Origin: Myxococcota bacterium
Lineage (GTDB): Bacteria > Myxococcota_A > UBA796 > CAJQPC01
Length of the DNA stretch: 64,000 nucleotides
Direction of reading: 5' to 3'
NCBI GenBank assembly: GCA_036229005.1
Contig: JAZAMN010000031.1
Coordinates: 160,001 to 224,000 of the forward strand
Shown: positions 36,794-45,912 of the stretch, one piece after another
How the letters are laid out: each line of letters opens with the position of its first letter
Position numbering within the stretch: the stretch's first letter is position 1
The notes under the pieces: model-generated
Database searches by the model: none
Told to the model about the DNA's origin: nothing
What the model saw: the letters and a program-made list of their open reading frames with translations, nothing else
Position numbers and translations under genes: made by a program

Positions 36794-38203
36794 ATGAACG
36801 TGGTCCTGGTCAACCCCTCCATGGGCGCCTACTACCGCCACTCCAAGGTGAAGGCGGCCATCACCCTGTCCCCGCCCCTGAACCTGGGCTTGCTGGCCGG
36901 TGGGCTGCGGGCGCAGGGACACAGCGTGGCCCTCTGGGACCTGGAGGCCGAAGACCCCGCGGCGTCGGACCCCGCAGCGCTGCGCGCCCGCTTCGCCAAG
37001 GCCCGCCCCGACATGGTGGGCGTGAGCTTCCGCACCCCCCTGTTCCCCCAGGCCCGCGCCATCGCCCAGGCGGCGCGGGCGGCCTGCCCCAGCGCCCTGT
37101 TGGTCGCCGGCGGCGTGCACCCCACCACCCGCCCCGAGCAGACCCTGGCCCGCTCGGACTTTGACGTGCTGGTGCGCGGCGAGGGCGACACCGCAATCCT
37201 GGCCCTGGCCGACGGGGCCTCCTGGGAGGGCATCCCCGGCCTGAGCTGGCGCACCGGCCAGACCGCCGAGCAGCCCCTGACCCTGGCCATGGACGCGCTC
37301 CCCTACGGCGCCTGGGACCTGGTGGATCTGCGCCGCTACCAGAGCCCCTCGCTGGTCGCGCCGACCGTGCCCGTGGCCGACCTGGAGTTCTCCCGGGGCT
37401 GCCGCGCCCAGTGCGTGTACTGCACCAAGGGGGTGTTCGGCTCGGACTGGCGGCACAAGTCCCCCGAGCGCTTCGTCGACGAGCTCCTGCACGCCAAGGC
37501 CCACGGCTTCCGCGCCTTCAACCTGGTGGACGACAGCTTCACGACCATCACCTCGCGCGCCATCGCCACCTGCGAGGAGATGATGCGCCGCCAGGTGGAC
37601 CTGCCCTGGTCCCTGACCAACGGCATCCGCGTGGCCAACGTGAACGAGGAGTTCTTCCGGGTCTCCCGCGCCGCCGGCTGCCGCCTGCTGGCCTTTGGCT
37701 TCGAGAGCGGCTCAGACCGCGTGCTCAAGCGCATCAAGAAGGGGGCCACGGTGCGTCAGGCGAGGCGGGCTGTGGGGTGGGCGCGCAAGTACGGGTTCAC
37801 CATCCTGGGCTACTTCATGGTCGGGCTCCCCGGAGAGACCGCGGAGACCATCGAGGAGACCGCGGCGCTGGCCACCGAGCTGGACCTGGACTTCGCCAAG
37901 TTCAGCATCACGATGCCGCTGCCCGGCACCCCGCTGTGGGACGAGTGGGGCCGCTACATCGACATGGACACGGTGGACTTCTCCATCCACAGCAATGGAG
38001 CGCACCTGTACGAGCACCCAGACTTCTCCTGGCCGGAGCTGGAGGCCCACACCCAGCGGGCCTACCGCTCCTTCTACGGCCGACCCCGCTACGTGGCCCG
38101 CCGCACCCTGCGCGCCATCCGCAGCGGCGCGCTGATGTCCGAGCTGCGCTACACAGCCGGCATCGGTGCGGGGGGCATGATGGAGGCCTTCCAGCGCCGC
38201 TGA
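36794..38203 (+). CDS. Cobalamin-binding radical SAM protein
   Basis: 'PPLNLGLLA', 'GGVHPT', 'GEGD', 'SRGCRAQCVYC', 'GFESGS', 'MVGLPGET', 'PLPGTPL'. Confidence 0.93.
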   Translation: MNVVLVNPSMGAYYRHSKVKAAITLSPPLNLGLLAGGLRAQGHSVALWDLEAEDPAASDPAALRARFAKARPDMVGVSFRTPLFPQARAIAQAARAACPSALLVAGGVHPTTRPEQTLARSDFDVLVRGEGDTAILALADGASWEGIPGLSWRTGQTAEQPLTLAMDALPYGAWDLVDLRRYQSPSLVAPTVPVADLEFSRGCRAQCVYCTKGVFGSDWRHKSPERFVDELLHAKAHGFRAFNLVDDSFTTITSRAIATCEEMMRRQVDLPWSLTNGIRVANVNEEFFRVSRAAGCRLLAFGFESGSDRVLKRIKKGATVRQARRAVGWARKYGFTILGYFMVGLPGETAETIEETAALATELDLDFAKFSITMPLPGTPLWDEWGRYIDMDTVDFSIHSNGAHLYEHPDFSWPELEAHTQRAYRSFYGRPRYVARRTLRAIRSGALMSELRYTAGIGAGGMMEAFQRR

Positions 38204-38209
38204 GCCCGC

Positions 38210-40045
38210 CTAGATCCCCTGGCCCAGGAAGAGGTTCACGGAGCCGGTCAGGCCCGAGTCGTCCGAGCCCTGGCAGCCCACGGCGACGTCCGCGTTGCCG
38301 TCCTGGTCCACGTCGCTGATCAGCGGCTTGTACCAGCCGCAGCCCCCGCGGGTGAAGCCGGTGAAGGTGGCGTCCGCCGAGCCGGCCTTGGAGTCGGCGC
38401 TCACGGGGCCGTAGAAGAGCACCACGCCGCCCGTGTTGTCGCCGTAGCTGGCCAGCAGATCGTCCTGCCCGTCGCCGTCGACATCGCCGAGCGTCGTGCT
38501 GACCCCGAAGTAGCGGTCGTCCGTCTGACCCTTGATCATCACGGAGGCGTCCCCGCTGTCCATGCTGCTGCTCCAGGCCCCGGAGCCGCCGGAGAACACG
38601 TAGACCGCGCCGCGGTCGTCCCCGGCCGAGGGCTCCCAACCCGGCGCGCCCACGACCAGGTCGGCGTAGCCGTCGCCGTCCAGATCCCCGATGGAGGGCG
38701 ACAGGCCCAGGCCGTCGCTGCCATCGACCTGGGTGTCGGCGTCCTCCAGCGCCATGCTGCCGCCGCCGGGGAGCTTGCCCAGGAAGAGGGAGAAGCCGTA
38801 CCAGTAGCTGTTGACCACCAGATCCAGGGTGCCGTCTCCGTCCAGGTCACCGCTGGCCACGCCATCGCGATGCCCGACCATGTCCGGCCCTTCCCCCGTG
38901 ATGGTCAGGTCCGCGTTGGAGGCCCGGGTGTCCATGGTCGGCATCTCGTGGAAGATGTAGACCGTGCTGTCGGAGTCCGAGCCGATGGCCAGGGACTCGA
39001 CGCCGGTCCCTCGCAGATCCCCCAGGGCGTAGACGCTGCTGCCGAAGCGGTCCTCCCCGCTGTAGTCCAGGATGACCGCGTCCGGGCTGCTGTCGAGCGC
39101 CCCGCCGCTCGCGTAGAGGCTGACGTAGGGGAACACCGCCGTGCCGTCGTAGGAGCCCACCGCCAGGGTGTCCCCCTTGCTGCCGGGGATCACCGCCAGC
39201 GAGGTGCCCAGGTGCATGTCCCCGTGGTCTCCCGTGGTGTCCCAGTCCGCGCGGCTGGCCCGGGTGCTGCTGCCCGGCCCGTCAAAGAGCGCGACCGCGC
39301 CGTCCCCATCTTCCGCCTCGGGGGCGCTCACGACCAGGGCCTCCCAGCCGCTGCCGTCGGTGTCCATGGCCACGATGCTGGAGCCGAACTCGTCCTCGGT
39401 CTCGTAGCCGTTGATCTGCAGATCGGGGGCGCTGAGCTTGTAGGTGCCGGAGAACAGGCACTCGGGCGCGTCCCCCGAGCAGTCGTTGTCCAGGCCGTCA
39501 TTGCAGACCTCGCTTGCGCCAGGGTTCACCTCTGCGCGGGTGTCGTCGCAGTCGCCGGATCTCAGAGCGGTGTCCCCCGGTGCCTCGCACGCCAGGATCC
39601 CATCCTCCCCAGAATCTCCAAATCCGTCGCGATCCAGATCCGGGTAGTGCAACTGGGCGGTGGAGGGGTCCAGAGAGTCGTCGGCGTCGTCGGCCTGGCC
39701 ATCGCAGTCGTTGTCCACCCCGCCGTCGCAGATCTCGGTCGCGCCGGGGTGGATCCAGGGGTCATCGGGCGCACAATCGCCGGCCTGGGAGACGGTGCCC
39801 GAGGGCTGGTCGCAGGCCATCAACAGGGTCGCGGGGTCCCCGTAGCCGTCGCCGTCGTCGTCGAAGTACCAGGGCAGCTCGTCGCAGGGATCGCCCGTGT
39901 CATCGGGATCCCCGCTGTCCTGGCCCGAGCCGGTGTCGTCGCCGCCCGAGCCCTCCAGCCCCTGGGTGTCGTCGGTGGAGGGGTCGCGGGTCTCGGTCTT
40001 CTTGCAGGCCAGCAGGCCCAGGACGCTGAACAGGAGAAGGGACAT
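38210..40045 (-). CDS. Surface lipoprotein with putative metal-binding (MopE-like) repeats and FG-GAP beta-propeller
   Basis: LLAC; 'DxDGDGYG...DC...HPGATEICDG.DNDCDG' repeats; 'FG...D.DGDG..DL.VGAP'. Confidence 0.88.
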   Translation of the reverse strand: MSLLLFSVLGLLACKKTETRDPSTDDTQGLEGSGGDDTGSGQDSGDPDDTGDPCDELPWYFDDDGDGYGDPATLLMACDQPSGTVSQAGDCAPDDPWIHPGATEICDGGVDNDCDGQADDADDSLDPSTAQLHYPDLDRDGFGDSGEDGILACEAPGDTALRSGDCDDTRAEVNPGASEVCNDGLDNDCSGDAPECLFSGTYKLSAPDLQINGYETEDEFGSSIVAMDTDGSGWEALVVSAPEAEDGDGAVALFDGPGSSTRASRADWDTTGDHGDMHLGTSLAVIPGSKGDTLAVGSYDGTAVFPYVSLYASGGALDSSPDAVILDYSGEDRFGSSVYALGDLRGTGVESLAIGSDSDSTVYIFHEMPTMDTRASNADLTITGEGPDMVGHRDGVASGDLDGDGTLDLVVNSYWYGFSLFLGKLPGGGSMALEDADTQVDGSDGLGLSPSIGDLDGDGYADLVVGAPGWEPSAGDDRGAVYVFSGGSGAWSSSMDSGDASVMIKGQTDDRYFGVSTTLGDVDGDGQDDLLASYGDNTGGVVLFYGPVSADSKAGSADATFTGFTRGGCGWYKPLISDVDQDGNADVAVGCQGSDDSGLTGSVNLFLGQGI

Positions 40046-40142
40046 TCGTAGCTCCAGGCTGGGGGCCACGGGTCCACGGCGGTCTTGGCCCCCCCCGGGA
40101 CCGCCACCGAGATCATACGAACCCGGCGGCGAATCGCCAGGG

Positions 40143-42113
40143 CTACATGTCGTCCTCGGCCACCACGACCAGGCCGTCTTCCGCGGTCAGGGTGATCTGG
40201 GTGTCCTTGAGCGGGATGAGCTGCACGCCGTAGTTCTGCTCGCCGTCGGTCTCCAGCGCCTTGCGCTTCCAGCCGATGCAGATCTCCGTGTCCCGCTTGC
40301 GCACGTGGGCCATCAGGTCCGCGAAGGTGCAGGTGACCGGGAGCTGGTCGAAGTAGAGCCACGCGGGCTTGACGTAGATCTCCGAGCCGTCCTCCTGGAA
40401 GAGGTCGTCGTAGACGCGCTGGATGTCGGGCTCGCTGCTGATCTGCGCGAACACCATCGACACCATGCGGTTGGAGATGATGAAGTCGTTGACGCCGGCT
40501 CGGGAGATCAGCTCCTGGTTCCGGGAGTCCAGCACCTCGGTGATGATCTTGGTGCTGACCTCGCGGCCCTCGGCCTGGGCCTGCTTGAGCAGGCTGCGCA
40601 GGTGCAGGAGCACGATGATGGTCTCGGAGTCCACCCGCTCGGGGGAGAGCTCCTCGGCCGGCTTCTGCGGCAGGATGATGACCGTGTTGAAGGAGAAGGG
40701 GTCGATGCTGGCCAGGTCCTCGGCGGAGAGCGGGTCCTTGGCGACGAGCTCACAGCCGGCGTTCTCCAGCTCCCCGTTGAGCTCCTCCAGGGCCTCGCTC
40801 ACGAACTCGGGCGCGTCGGGCAGCACCACGTGGACCTCGCTGCCCTCCAGCACGTACTCGCTGTACTCGCTGATCAGGATGGGGGCCTTGGGGGACCAGC
40901 CCAGCAGCAGCATGCGCTCCTTCTCCGGCTGGATCCGCTTGACCGGCATCTCCATGTCCTTGGGCTGGGCCACGGGCTGGGGACGGAAGTCGATGGTGCT
41001 GTCATCGTCGGCGACGATCAAGATCTCGTCGTCGTCCTGCATGACGTAGTCGGGGTCGGTGCGCAGCTCCAGGGAGCCGTCGGACTTGCGCACGCCGATG
41101 GGCACACCGTCGGGGAAGTGGAACTGCAGCGCGCCGAAGGTGATGCCCTTCCAGTCGTCGCCGTGGAAGTACATCTCGCAGCCCTCGAAGGAGAGCAGCT
41201 CGGCATAGACGACGGACAGGCCGCTGGTGCGGCTGGTCTGCACCATGATCTTGGCCAGGATGTCCTGGGCGTCGATCACGCTGACCCGCTCGGGGCTGAT
41301 GTTCTTGACCACGTCGCGGTTCCGGGGGTCGAAGACCTCGGCCACGATGTTGATGTCCGCGTCCTCGCCCACGTGGGCGACCAGGGCCAGCACGGTCTTG
41401 ATGACCAGGGCGTCGCTGGTGAGCTTGTCCTCGTTCGAGGCGGCCTCCCCGCAGGTGGCCAGGACGATGGCGGCCTCGGCGTGCTCAGCGGAGACCTTCT
41501 CCAGGCTGTTCAGGCTGGCCGTGGGGCCATGTCGCGTCACGCAGCGCAGGTTGCGGCGGTCGGTCCAGTTGTCCCGCAGGAACTCGTCCATCTCCTCCTT
41601 CTCCTGCTCGGAGAGGATGACGACGACGGGGTCCTTCTCGGACTCGTTGGCCTCCACCAGCTCGGCCAGGATCTCGGGCACGCGCGGCCCCCACCCGATG
41701 ATCAGGGTGTGGCCGGACTCCAGCACGCGGCTGTGGCCCTTCTTGAGGTTGTCGATGGCCTGGTCCAGCGCGGTGGTCAGGAAGGCGATCAGCGCGGAGA
41801 AGATGACCACTCCGGTCATGCCCGCGGCCATGGCGACCAGCTTGTAGGCCCCGAAGGTGTCGTTGTCCTGGGCCATGTTGCCGGGGTCGGTGAGCTGCAG
41901 CCAGGTGAACCACAGCCCCTGGAAGAAGCGGAAGCGGTCCTCGCCGTTGAACACCAGGTCCATCAGCCAGGCCACGAAGCGCAGCCCGCCGATGGCCAGG
42001 AAGGAGACCAGGAAGGCCACCGAGAGCGCGACGAACAGCGCCTTGGAGCCCTTGCCCAGGAAAGTGTCGACCTTGTAGCGGAGCTTCTCGCCGAAGCTGG
42101 GTTCCTGACTCAC
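40143..42113 (-). CDS. CASTOR/POLLUX-like ion channel with tandem RCK domains
   Basis: TM-pore 'WLQLTDPGN'-TM; 'KKGHSRVLESGHTLIIGW', 'ELLSFEGCEMYF', 'DSETIIVLLHLR', 'LFQEDGSEIYVKP'. Confidence 0.88.
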   Translation of the reverse strand: MSQEPSFGEKLRYKVDTFLGKGSKALFVALSVAFLVSFLAIGGLRFVAWLMDLVFNGEDRFRFFQGLWFTWLQLTDPGNMAQDNDTFGAYKLVAMAAGMTGVVIFSALIAFLTTALDQAIDNLKKGHSRVLESGHTLIIGWGPRVPEILAELVEANESEKDPVVVILSEQEKEEMDEFLRDNWTDRRNLRCVTRHGPTASLNSLEKVSAEHAEAAIVLATCGEAASNEDKLTSDALVIKTVLALVAHVGEDADINIVAEVFDPRNRDVVKNISPERVSVIDAQDILAKIMVQTSRTSGLSVVYAELLSFEGCEMYFHGDDWKGITFGALQFHFPDGVPIGVRKSDGSLELRTDPDYVMQDDDEILIVADDDSTIDFRPQPVAQPKDMEMPVKRIQPEKERMLLLGWSPKAPILISEYSEYVLEGSEVHVVLPDAPEFVSEALEELNGELENAGCELVAKDPLSAEDLASIDPFSFNTVIILPQKPAEELSPERVDSETIIVLLHLRSLLKQAQAEGREVSTKIITEVLDSRNQELISRAGVNDFIISNRMVSMVFAQISSEPDIQRVYDDLFQEDGSEIYVKPAWLYFDQLPVTCTFADLMAHVRKRDTEICIGWKRKALETDGEQNYGVQLIPLKDTQITLTAEDGLVVVAEDDM

Positions 42114-42185
42114 GGATTCTCCAGGTGGGGGCCTTCTCTACACCAGCATTCCCACCCCTGCCATCCGCGGCGTCCCCCCGATCTC

Positions 42186-43709
42186 CTACCAGAGGGAGCG
42201 GATCTCGCCCGCCTTTAGAGTCAGCGTCTGCACCGCCTGGCCCGGGAGCTGCACCTCCACCTGATCCCCCGCGTCCAAAGCGAGGTAAACCTCCTGCGCG
42301 CTGGACGAGAAGGAGTTGACCGGCGCCGCCCACTGGGTGCCCCGAGCGGAGCGCACCCGGGTCCCCGGCGGCACCTGCAGCGTGGCCCGCTCCCCGCAGC
42401 CATCCATGGACAGCCACGCCCGCAGGCGGATCTGCTCGGTGCCCACCCAGGACGCGGTCATCAGGTCCGGCAGGCCGTCGCGGTTCCAGTCGCCCGTGAC
42501 CAGCCCGCGGCCCGCCGCTTCGTCGTCGAAGCCCTCCATGGGCACCATCACGCCGTCCTGGTTCCACATCAGGGCGTCCGGCTGCGCCTGGCTCTCGTCC
42601 CAGCGCACGCCGTTGCTGTCCTCGACGTAGGTCTCGAACCAGAAGATCAGGGTGCCGAAGCGCACCGGCGCCTCCGGCCAGCCGTCCAGATCCAGGTCGA
42701 TCAGGGCGGTGCCCCAGCTCGTCTGGCGGTCCTCGCTGGGGGGGACCTCGGCCTTGAGGGCGGCGGTCGCGTCCACGAAGCTGCCGCCGAAGTTGGTGAG
42801 CAGGATGGGGCTGCCGATGTTGGTGACGTAGAGGTCGGGCTGCGCGTTGCCGTCGATGTCCCCGACCCCGATGCCCATGCCGTAGACCGAGAGGTCGGCG
42901 GTGCCGCCGGGGTCCCGGGAGAAGCGCCCGCTGCCGTCGTTGAGCAGCAGCAGGTTGGGGGTCACGTAGGCCCCGAAGTCGCGGCCCAGGTAGAGATCCA
43001 GGTCCCCGTCCCCCTCGGCGTCGAGCACCTGGGCCAGGAAGGTGAGGCCGATGGCGTCTTCCTCCGAGACGGCCTCGGCGTCGGCCACCAGCTCGCCGTT
43101 CTGGTTCTCGAAGTAGAGCGAGAGGATGCCCGGCTCGTTGCCGCTCAGGATGCGCTGCTCTTCGGGCCAGCTCCGGGAGCGGGACAGGAAGAGGTCCAGA
43201 TCCCCGTCCCCGTCGAAGTCCGCGAAGGTGAACCCGTGGCTCTGCTCCTCTTGAGTGCCGGGCAGCTCGGTCCAGGTGTAGCCCCCGGCGCCGTCAGGCC
43301 GGCCGACCAGATCCGAGGCGCCGTCCCAGCGGCCCACAAAGAGCTCGTCGGCGCCGTCTCCGTCCAGGTCCGCGGCCGCGATGGACACCGCCTGGGGGAT
43401 GACCAGCTCCCCGACCGTGAAGCCCCCTTCTCCGCCCATGAGCACGCGGATGTCGCGGTCCGGGTTGGCCGGCGCGATGTCCAGCCAGCCGTCCTGGTCG
43501 ATGTCGAGCACGGCCATGCCCGGCCCCGAGTAGTTGGGGTGGTCCAGGGGGTTGGGGGCGGCCACGCCGCTGTCGCCGTCGAGATCCGTGGCGGTCCAGC
43601 TCCGGGCCTCGTCCAGGCGACCGGCCGGACACTCCGGGGTCGACACCACCACGCTGTCTACAGGGGGGTCGTCCTTGCAGGCCAAGGCCAAGAGCAGAAG
43701 GCTCACCAT
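42186..43709 (-). CDS. CRTAC1/ASPIC-UnbV-like FG-GAP repeat lipoprotein
   Basis: ALAC; repeated 'D.DGDGDLDL', 'GMGIGVGD', 'SWGT', 'GRGL..GDWNRDG'. Confidence 0.87.
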   Translation of the reverse strand: MVSLLLLALACKDDPPVDSVVVSTPECPAGRLDEARSWTATDLDGDSGVAAPNPLDHPNYSGPGMAVLDIDQDGWLDIAPANPDRDIRVLMGGEGGFTVGELVIPQAVSIAAADLDGDGADELFVGRWDGASDLVGRPDGAGGYTWTELPGTQEEQSHGFTFADFDGDGDLDLFLSRSRSWPEEQRILSGNEPGILSLYFENQNGELVADAEAVSEEDAIGLTFLAQVLDAEGDGDLDLYLGRDFGAYVTPNLLLLNDGSGRFSRDPGGTADLSVYGMGIGVGDIDGNAQPDLYVTNIGSPILLTNFGGSFVDATAALKAEVPPSEDRQTSWGTALIDLDLDGWPEAPVRFGTLIFWFETYVEDSNGVRWDESQAQPDALMWNQDGVMVPMEGFDDEAAGRGLVTGDWNRDGLPDLMTASWVGTEQIRLRAWLSMDGCGERATLQVPPGTRVRSARGTQWAAPVNSFSSSAQEVYLALDAGDQVEVQLPGQAVQTLTLKAGEIRSLW

Positions 43710-45220
43710 GTGGGCTCCAGTCGGCTGCCGCCGGCCACGTTGTCCTGGGTCCAGGTGCTGCCGTCGGGCCAGGTGACGGTCACGCTGACGGTGTCCTCGC
43801 TGGCGGGTCCCAGTCCAAGGAAGACCTGGGAGGCCGAGGTGCTCCAGGTTGAGGCCGGCAGCATCCAGCGGGTGCTGATCCTCTCCCCCTGGACCGCCTG
43901 GACCCGAGCCCCCACGGCGCTGGGGGGGAGGTCGACCAGCACGTGCTGGCACTCGGACTGGGTGTGCCAGGTCTGCACGTACCAGATGCCCGCGCTGACC
44001 AGGTCGGGGTCGCCGTCGCCGTCCAGATCCCCGACCAGCAGGTCCCGGCCCACGCGGTCGTCGGTGAAGCCGGCCTCGGGGGCCTCGACGAAGCCCTGGT
44101 CGGTGGCGAGCATGAAGAGATCCCGCTGGGCGGCGCCGTCCTGGAAGCTGGGGTCCAGATCTTCGGCGTCGCTGCCGTCGCTGCCGGGGGTGAGGGTGCC
44201 AAAGACCATCGCGACGTCATCGCGCCCGTCGCCGCTCAGGTCCACGAACTGGGTGCCCCAGCCGGCCAGGCGGTCCGCGCTGTTGGGGACGGAGGCGCCC
44301 GTAGCCGCGGTGATGTCGACGAAGGCGCCGGTGCCGGTCGCGGAGAAGAGCACGGGCCCGCCCAGGTTGGAGACGTAGAGCTCCGGCAGGCCGTCTCCGG
44401 TAGGGTCCCCGACCGCCACGCCCATGGCATACATGGCGCGGTCGCAGGCGCAGTCGGTGGCGTCGCTGAACTGCCCGCTGCCGTCGTTGAGCAGCAGGCG
44501 GTTGCGGCCGGTGTAGGGGCCGTAGTCGTTGGCGGTGTAGAGGTCGAGGTCGCCGTCCCCGTCCGCGTCCACCCACTGGGCCATGAAGGCGACGTCGTCG
44601 AGCACGTCGGCGGGGATGCGCGCGCTGACGTCCACCATGCTGCCGTCGCCCTGGTTCTCGTAGAGCCGCGAGCCGGTGCCCTGTCCCCCCTCCAGATCGG
44701 AAGGCTGAAGCGCCGTGTTGTAGGCGCTGGTGAACACGTCCAGGTCCCCGTCCCCGTCCATGTCGGCCACGGCGATGGAGAACTCCTCGGCCTCGCTGTC
44801 CCCGAACTCGATGGGCGTGCGACCGTCGGTGAACGCGATCATGTCGGGCGCATTGGGGATGGTCAGCAGCAGGTCGACCACGCCGTCCCCGTCCATGTCT
44901 CCGGTGGCCAGCCCGGTGGCCGGGGGCAGGGTCACGGGGGCCACGGTGAAGGCGCCGCTGCCGTCGTTGACGTAGAGCAGGCCCTCGCCCTCCATGGTGA
45001 CCAGGGCCAGGTCCAGGTCCCCGTCGCCGTCCAGGTCCTCCAGCGCGGCGCCGACGCTGCCGTGGGGAGAGAGGGAGGCGGGCTCGCGCACCGGCTCCAG
45101 GGACTGGGTGGGGGTCAGGGTGGGCGCGGCGCAGGCGGGCCACTGCACCACGGGGGCGCTGTCGCTGTCGGACGGGGTGTCCTTTGAGCAAGCGATCAGC
45201 AGGGCAAGCGCGGGGGTCAA
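43703..45220 (-). CDS. CRTAC1/ASPIC-UnbV-like FG-GAP repeat lipoprotein (tandem paralog)
   Basis: LIAC; same repeat series; UnbV-like C-terminus 'FLGLG...VTWPDG'. Confidence 0.88.
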   Translation of the reverse strand: MTPALALLIACSKDTPSDSDSAPVVQWPACAAPTLTPTQSLEPVREPASLSPHGSVGAALEDLDGDGDLDLALVTMEGEGLLYVNDGSGAFTVAPVTLPPATGLATGDMDGDGVVDLLLTIPNAPDMIAFTDGRTPIEFGDSEAEEFSIAVADMDGDGDLDVFTSAYNTALQPSDLEGGQGTGSRLYENQGDGSMVDVSARIPADVLDDVAFMAQWVDADGDGDLDLYTANDYGPYTGRNRLLLNDGSGQFSDATDCACDRAMYAMGVAVGDPTGDGLPELYVSNLGGPVLFSATGTGAFVDITAATGASVPNSADRLAGWGTQFVDLSGDGRDDVAMVFGTLTPGSDGSDAEDLDPSFQDGAAQRDLFMLATDQGFVEAPEAGFTDDRVGRDLLVGDLDGDGDPDLVSAGIWYVQTWHTQSECQHVLVDLPPSAVGARVQAVQGERISTRWMLPASTWSTSASQVFLGLGPASEDTVSVTVTWPDGSTWTQDNVAGGSRLEPTW

Positions 45221-45273
45221 GGGACGCCTCCAGGCCCCATTGTCCCGGGCCGGTCAGGGAGTGTCAACGCGAC

Positions 45274-45912
45274 TCAGAGGCCGCCTGCGGGCAGGTCCGC
45301 GTAGGGGTCTGCGGCCAGGCGCGCGGCGTAGTCCAGCAACAGGCGGTCCTGCTCGGGGGCCTGGTCCCGGAGGGCTCGAAGCTGCGCCTGGGTCTGGGGG
45401 CTGGGGTCCAGTCGGGAGAGCTCCAGCGCGGCCAGTGCGCCCAGCGGCCCCTCGAGTTGCGCCTCCATCAGGGCCCTCGCCTGCTCCGAAGGCAGGGTCC
45501 ACGACAGCACGATCAGCGCCTCGGCGGCCCCCGGTCCCCCCGCATCCAGCACCGGTCGGGCGATGGCCGCGCCCCGGTGCCCCTGGCGAATGCACAGCTC
45601 CACCGCGCTCAGGGAGATGCCGGGATCCCCGTCGCCCAGCCGCGCCGCGAGCGCTCGGTCCACCCGGTCGCTCTGGGGGCCCACGTCCGGCGTCAGCGCC
45701 TCTTCGACCTGCTTGTTGTCCAGGCCGGTCTCCATCGACAGCATGAACAGCAGCTCCCCCTCGCGGGGGTTGGGCAGCGCCTCGCTCAGGTCCTCCTGCA
45801 GAGGCGCAGGCTCCACGTGGGGGACGCGCTTGCTGGCCAGCCAATAGAGCGAGAGCAGCGCCCCACCCAGCAGCAGCAGAGGGCCGATGCGGCGGGGGTT
45901 CAGGGCATCCAT
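45274..45912 (-). CDS. Membrane-anchored helical hypothetical protein
   Basis: N-terminal TM, Leu/Ala-rich helical body; overlaps the upstream stop. Confidence 0.65.
   Translation of the reverse strand: MDALNPRRIGPLLLLGGALLSLYWLASKRVPHVEPAPLQEDLSEALPNPREGELLFMLSMETGLDNKQVEEALTPDVGPQSDRVDRALAARLGDGDPGISLSAVELCIRQGHRGAAIARPVLDAGGPGAAEALIVLSWTLPSEQARALMEAQLEGPLGALAALELSRLDPSPQTQAQLRALRDQAPEQDRLLLDYAARLAADPYADLPAGGL

Noticed and set aside
40075..40110. GGCGGTCTTGG / CCGGGACCGCC hairpin with a C8 run
   Set aside because: Pairs well only on the + strand via G-U while flanking genes are on the - strand; the C-run is intergenic with no evidence of phase variation.
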